NCBI RefSeq assembly: GCF_009914755.1
Contig: NC_060926.1
Strand: one strand, 5' to 3'
From: the human T2T-CHM13v2.0 reference genome, Homo sapiens
Length of the DNA stretch: 64,000 bases
Under the pieces are notes generated by a model, which was given only the letters and a program-made list of their open reading frames with translations, was not told the origin of the DNA and did not search any database. Shown in pieces: positions 58,110 to 64,000 of this stretch. The first letter of the stretch is position 1. Each line of letters begins with the position of its first letter. The position numbers were made by a program, and so were the translations under genes.

Positions 58110-58547
58110 TCACTGAAGGCAGAGAAAAGGGGTGCAGACGCTCTGCTTCTGCTTCCCCAGCAGTTCCTCTGACCCCCCCAAAATATTCTCCAGCGGGTTT
58201 CCCAAGAGGTCAAAGGAGAATGGGTCCTGGCCGCCGAAGAACTCCCTGAAGACGTCGGCTGGGTCGCGGAAGCTGAAGACGTACTCGAAGGGGTCCTCGA
58301 AGGGCCTGCCGCCTGTGCAGCCGCCCTCCGCCCCCGCCTCGCCATAGCGGTCATAGATATCGCGTTTCTTGGCGTCCGACAACACCTCGTAGGCCTCGGC
58401 CACCTGCTTGAATCTCCTCTCCGCTTCCTCCTTGTTCTCAGGGTTTTTGTCGGGGTGCCACTTGAGCGCCAGCTTGCGGTACGCCTTCTTGATGGCCTCG
58501 GATGAGGCCTGCCGGGGCACGTCCAGCACCTCGTAGTAGTCCACCAT
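58110..58547 (-). CDS. DNAJB3: DnaJ/Hsp40 B3, intronless DNAJB6-like retrogene; truncated 145-aa ORF with intact J-domain
   Basis: [15 protein letters not shown]...[15 protein letters not shown] (HPD motif), then G/F region; the DNAJB6-like C-terminus continues out of frame to TAA at 57819-57821. Confidence 0.92.
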   Translation of the reverse strand: MVDYYEVLDVPRQASSEAIKKAYRKLALKWHPDKNPENKEEAERRFKQVAEAYEVLSDAKKRDIYDRYGEAGAEGGCTGGRPFEDPFEYVFSFRDPADVFREFFGGQDPFSFDLLGNPLENILGGSEELLGKQKQSVCTPFLCLQ

Positions 58548-58800
58548 GCTGGATGGCCAGAACGGCCCACCAGGCACTGGCACAGCGAGCGGCAAGGCTG
58601 CCAGCACCCAGGCGCAGGCCCGAGTGCTCGGAGACCTGGGCCGCCTGGAGAGACGCCCCTTATGACGCAGCCACATCTCATTGGTCGAGGCCTATGAGCG
58701 CCTCGCATCCCAAGATGCAGTGCTTCTGGGACTGGCCCTGCTCTCTGTGAGGCTCTGTGAGGCCCTGTGATGCTCCAAGACCAGGCCCCGCCCACTCCGG
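58190..58800. promoter_or_regulatory. CpG-rich region and putative DNAJB3 promoter
   Basis: High CpG density against a CpG-poor background; CRE half-site TGACG 58663-58667, CCAAT (- strand) 58680-58684, GC box 58784-58793. Confidence 0.6.
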
Positions 58801-59473
58801 CCTCCAACCAGCCATGGTCTCCAAAAAGGATGGGAAAAAGAGGTTGGGGAAAAGAGAGGGCCTTGACTTTGGCTGCCTGAAGAACTGTTTTTCTTAAAGT
58901 AGGCTTTATATCAGTCTTTTTCCTCGGCCACAGGAGGGAAGAGGGTGGTGGGAGTGAGTTTAGTCTGACTGGGGCTGAAGACATCCTGTTGTTTAGGACT
59001 GCAGTTCTCCAACGTTCCAGCCCCGGTGCCCATTTGCTTTTGTTCATGTGGATTATATCTATCATACGTACTGCATTAGAGATTAAAACAGAATTAAAAA
59101 GACATATTAATTGGGCAATTTAGTAAGAATAAACCCATGACACAATAGCAAATCTTATTTTTATGTAAATTTTATTAAGACAAAATGTAGTGAGAAGAGT
59201 GGCATCGTTTTACAGTTTTTGCATCTCTCTTTAGTACTTGGCTCTATAGAGAGGTGGATTCTCATGTCAGCTTCTGTATTCAATCTACTGTGATATTACA
59301 CATCACCCATGTAGCTTCTGGAAAACTCCACTGTACACTTGTGAGAGAATGACGGTGAAAAAATCAAGTAGCATTATTATGGAAATAGTTTTAACTTTGC
59401 AAAATTCTCCTGAAAAATTCTTGGGGATCCCTAGGATTTCCTGGCTCATACTTTGAGAATCGCTAGTCTAGCA

Positions 59474-59790
59474 GAGTAGTCCTTGGTATTCTGAAGGGAT
59501 TAGTTTAGGACAACCCTCCTCTCCATACCAAAATCTAGATGCTCAAGCTCCTTTTATAAAATGACACAGTATTTGTATATAACCTACCAATATCCTTCTT
59601 TAAGCCTCTAGTCATCTCTTGATTACTTTTACCTAATAAATGTAAATGCTATGTAAATAGTTGTTTTACAGTATTGGTTTTTTATTTGTATTATTTGTAT
59701 TGTTTTTTCATTGCTCTTCCCCCCAAATATTTTTAATCTGCTGTTGGCTGAATCTGCAGATGTGAAGCCCAAGTATATGGAGGGTCAAAT
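59474..59790. mobile_element. MER2-like Tigger DNA transposon fossil
   Basis: GTAGTCCTTGGTAT...CCATACCAAAATC...GATGCTCAAG...TGGCTGAATCTGCAGATGTG. Confidence 0.7.
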
Positions 59791-60065
59791 GTGCATGTTA
59801 TTCACTTTTCTTGACTGCTAAAACAACCAGGGAGATCCTCTCAGACAAAAGGAAATACAGCACTATTTACTGTATCGAAACCATTAAGACTTGCAGGCCG
59901 TGTGTATAGCACTGGGGATAAACGTGGGATGCAGTGATTATTTCCACTAGAACTGCTATATCATGACCATGAATTTTGGGGGAATTTTTTTGAGATCTGA
60001 GTTCTCTTCACCTCCTTATTCTCTTTTTGACACTGGATTCTTTTCTTTGATAAATTGTGAGGCAA

Positions 60066-60355
60066 TACACTAGTAAAGGTCACTCAGTTCTAAGGGGAAA
60101 ATGATTAACCAAAGAACATTCTAAGATTTCCTATAGGGTATTAGGTCTAATGGGGATGTGTTATGTCACCAGAACAAACTTCTAAGTTTATATAGCCTCT
60201 AGTGACATAACCTGAGACCCGGACTTGGCACTTGGTAAGCACACAATGAACAGTCATAGAAAGCTGGCCGAGGGTAGAGTTCAGTGTGAACAAAGCAATT
60301 TGGGAACATCAAAGCAAGTTTGGAGAACAACAAGTGATCCAGAATGGCTGGAGGG
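60066..60355 (+). promoter_or_regulatory. Diverged paralogue of the UGT1A1 gtPBREM nuclear-receptor enhancer module
   Basis: TACACTAGTAAAGGTCACTCA...AGAACAAACTTCT...GGACTTGGCACTTGGTAAGCAC...AGGGTAGAGTTCAGT...GAGGG, 290 bp, colinear with the recalled UGT1A1 module. Confidence 0.8.
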
Positions 60356-61693
60356 TAAGAGGCAGAGGGAGGGGGCAAGCAGAAGGGGTGGAGAGGAGGA
60401 ATGAGCTTAGACAGGGGGGCTGGGGTCTATCCCAGAGTTTTGAGAGCAAGGCAGAGGACTCTGAATTTTCTTCTGTGCCCAGGAAGCTGCTGACCAAGGT
60501 TCCAGAAGTGTTGGTGGGGTGGCGTTTTTCAGGGAGCAGCTGAGGCAGTGATTCAGAAGGGACAGCTGGGGGTTGGGCAACTGGGGGACAGGGGCCCTGA
60601 AATGGGACCATGACAGCTGGGTCTGAGAGACAGTGGTAGAAACATCCAGATTCAGCACTTACTTGCTGGCTTGGATGCAGGGTCTAGAACGAAAAGAGAA
60701 GAGGAGTCACTTCTATACAGAAACATGTCCAGAGTGCTTACTGTCTGCAAAACTGTGGACTGGCACCTGAGTGATAGCATGATTCCAAAGCCAAAATCTT
60801 GCCTGTAAGGAATATATGTATAGGATATAGCTATACTCTAATAGCAAGGACAGATATGCAAACTGCTAAAAGATACAAGGCAGAACAGAACAAAACGCTG
60901 TGGGGATTCAAGGAAGGTGGCTTTGTTTCCCTTGGAGGGCCCTGTAGATGATCTACAGGGCAATGGACATGTTTATGTTGCTCCTTTAGTAACAAGTCCC
61001 TTCATTCTGATTTGATGAAAGGAGCTGGGAGTGTGTCCAATGGTGACCTATTAACTTATGTCTTCAGCTTAAAAAGAAAGTACCTTCAAAAGGGTTCCAG
61101 AAACACTTTCCATGGACATGTCACTCTTTAGTAGCCCCCAAAGCAAGACCATCATATTGCTGCCCTGCTGTGTGACTTCTTAGCCCCTAGAGCACCACAC
61201 CCTGTAATTGCCTAGTTGTGAGTTTGTCTCTGTTCACCTGACCCCTCCTTTCAGGCAAGGACCATTTCTAACTTGGCTTTCTGTCCCGAGTTCCTAGCAT
61301 AGTAGGTAGGGCTCACACATTCCATAAATATTTGGTGGATAAGGGAATTAGCAATGGATTCTGCTTTGGTTCCAAAGCAGAGATTAATTGGATTGCTTAG
61401 TAGTGGTTTTCTGTTGTAATTCATGAGCGTGAATGTGGATTGCCTACTATTGCCTACCACTGTTGGGGACCTCTCAGACCTCAGCTGCAGCCTGATAAAC
61501 GTGGTTAACAGAGAAGTAGGAGGCTGTGACATGAAATGGGTTTCCACAGGCCTTTGTTGGGAATTGGATGAGAAACAAGAGCTTGAACTTGGATGTTCCC
61601 CAGAGCGAGCGCAGGGTCAGATGAGTTTTTCAAGTAGGAGTGATCGGTCTTTCCCGAAGTGGGACCCATAATGAAAGACAATGATTGGTTAAT

Positions 61694-61707
61694 CGGTAAT
61701 AATTAAC
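61694..61707 (+). promoter_or_regulatory. HNF1 site, UGT1A2P promoter
   Basis: CGGTAATAATTAAC at the paralogous position. Confidence 0.5.
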
Positions 61708-61844
61708 TAGGAGGAGAGCACTCTATCTTCCAATTACATGATGATTTGCTAAGTGGCTCAGTGACAAGGTAATTAAGATGAAGAAAACAAATGTAGGAGG
61801 CACAGCGTGGGGTGGACAGTCAGCTGTCCGTGTCTTCTGCTGAG

Positions 61845-62830
<986 letters not shown>

Positions 62831-64000
62831 TAATAGCCTTCAGTGAGATAAACTGTTAAGGGGTCTCTAGTAGCGTATTTCAGGTTTTAAATGGTCAATG
62901 AGAGGAAGAAGAGGCAGACATGAATGTTTATCAAAGGATGGACTAGGACTGATGTGACTCATGGAGACTGTTCGTTTGTAAAGGCACCATCTTCATGGTT
63001 GTGCATGTCCTTCATTGGGAAGGAGCAGGGACACTACATTGAGACTTGACCCATCTGGATTTTTTGTTTGCACAATTTTCAGGGGAAAGATGATGCAACA
63101 GCAAATTACAATTGTTAATGTGATAATTTTTAGTGGTCCTGTCTTGCGAATGATAGAGAGGTGACCACAGGAGACCTAAGCACTCGCAGGAAGTAGAAGT
63201 GTTAAAGAGGTTGACTCAGTTCAGTGGAAGTAGAGCAACGAACGTGGGATATATGTCTGTGATTATAGAATTACACACTGAGTTCAGTTTCCAGAGAGGG
63301 ATCTGTGCTGACAAAAGATTTTTCTGGTCAGGATTTGGGGTCTGGTGCATGATGTGGGGACATCTCAGAGTTCGGAAGGCATAGTTTTGGTTGCAGGTCA
63401 ATTGGGTCTTCTACTTGGAATGCTGAAATTATCAAGAAATTGTGGAAGGGTCTAGGGAGGAGATAAAACTGTGAGCGTATAAGCCCAGTTAAGCTGGGGA
63501 CGGTGATGAATGGACATGTGTCCAAGAAGGGAAGTGTTTCTCAGGTGAAGCTGAACATATCACCAAACCCACCCTATCCCACTCCAAGTTTCTATAGTGG
63601 GATCTACTTCTTTACCAACAATTTCAAAGGCAGCTTTCTTTAATCCAGAATATTTGGGGTTCATTGATGTGGTACTCTGGGACCTGAATATTGTTTCTTA
63701 TTCCTTGGTGTGCCATGTATTTCATGAGAGAATTCAGCCTTTTTATGTCATATTCACTGAATGCATATGAACTTCCATGACTTGATCCTTTTGTATTTTT
63801 ATTTCTGTACTTCTTTTTATTAACATAGGTATTATTGCCAAACACTCTAAGCTTCATTTTTTAAAATCAAACCACATGATTTTTTTATTGGTGATTTTCT
63901 CCCTTATGCAGTGTAGTTATTCAATTATAAAATATGTGTTTATTAGATTTGTAACAATGTTGAAAAGTGGGATGGAATTTAAATAGTGACTCTTGCCCTT

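Noticed and set aside
57872-59065. 397-aa minus-strand ORF
   Set aside because: Artefact: a stop-poor GC-rich off-frame read of DNAJB3 that joins the frameshifted C-terminus; non-ATG start
60350-60426. G-rich tract as a G-quadruplex element
   Set aside because: Irregular G-runs with long loops; common in human DNA, no specific evidence

Overview
Primate (almost certainly human) genomic DNA from the variable first-exon array of the UGT1A UDP-glucuronosyltransferase locus (2q37). On the + strand it carries the exon 1 cassettes of UGT1A6, UGT1A5, UGT1A4 and UGT1A3, and the frameshifted UGT1A2P. Each ends at a phase-0 CAG|GT donor; the shared exons 2-5 lie outside the window. On the - strand are the intronless retrogene DNAJB3 (two frame disruptions) and a full-length RPL17 processed pseudogene. 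1A5, 1A4, 1A3 and 1A2P sit in tandem segmental duplications with signs of gene conversion. The spacers are dense with L1, Alu, SVA, THE1, MER9, MER21 and DNA-transposon fossils. Main observations: (1) a decayed extra UGT1A exon-1 relic at ~56.2-56.6 kb; (2) a 290-bp paralogue of the UGT1A1 gtPBREM enhancer between DNAJB3 and UGT1A2P, apparently carrying the UGT1A1*60 and *93 variant bases (comparison made from memory); (3) a polyadenylated, TSD-flanked Tigger2 fragment with an Alu and an SVA nested in it; (4) L1 transductions; (5) three fold-back templated junctions. I found no evidence of a wholly new biological system. Repeat subfamily names are from recalled consensus sequences, and boundaries of old repeats are approximate.
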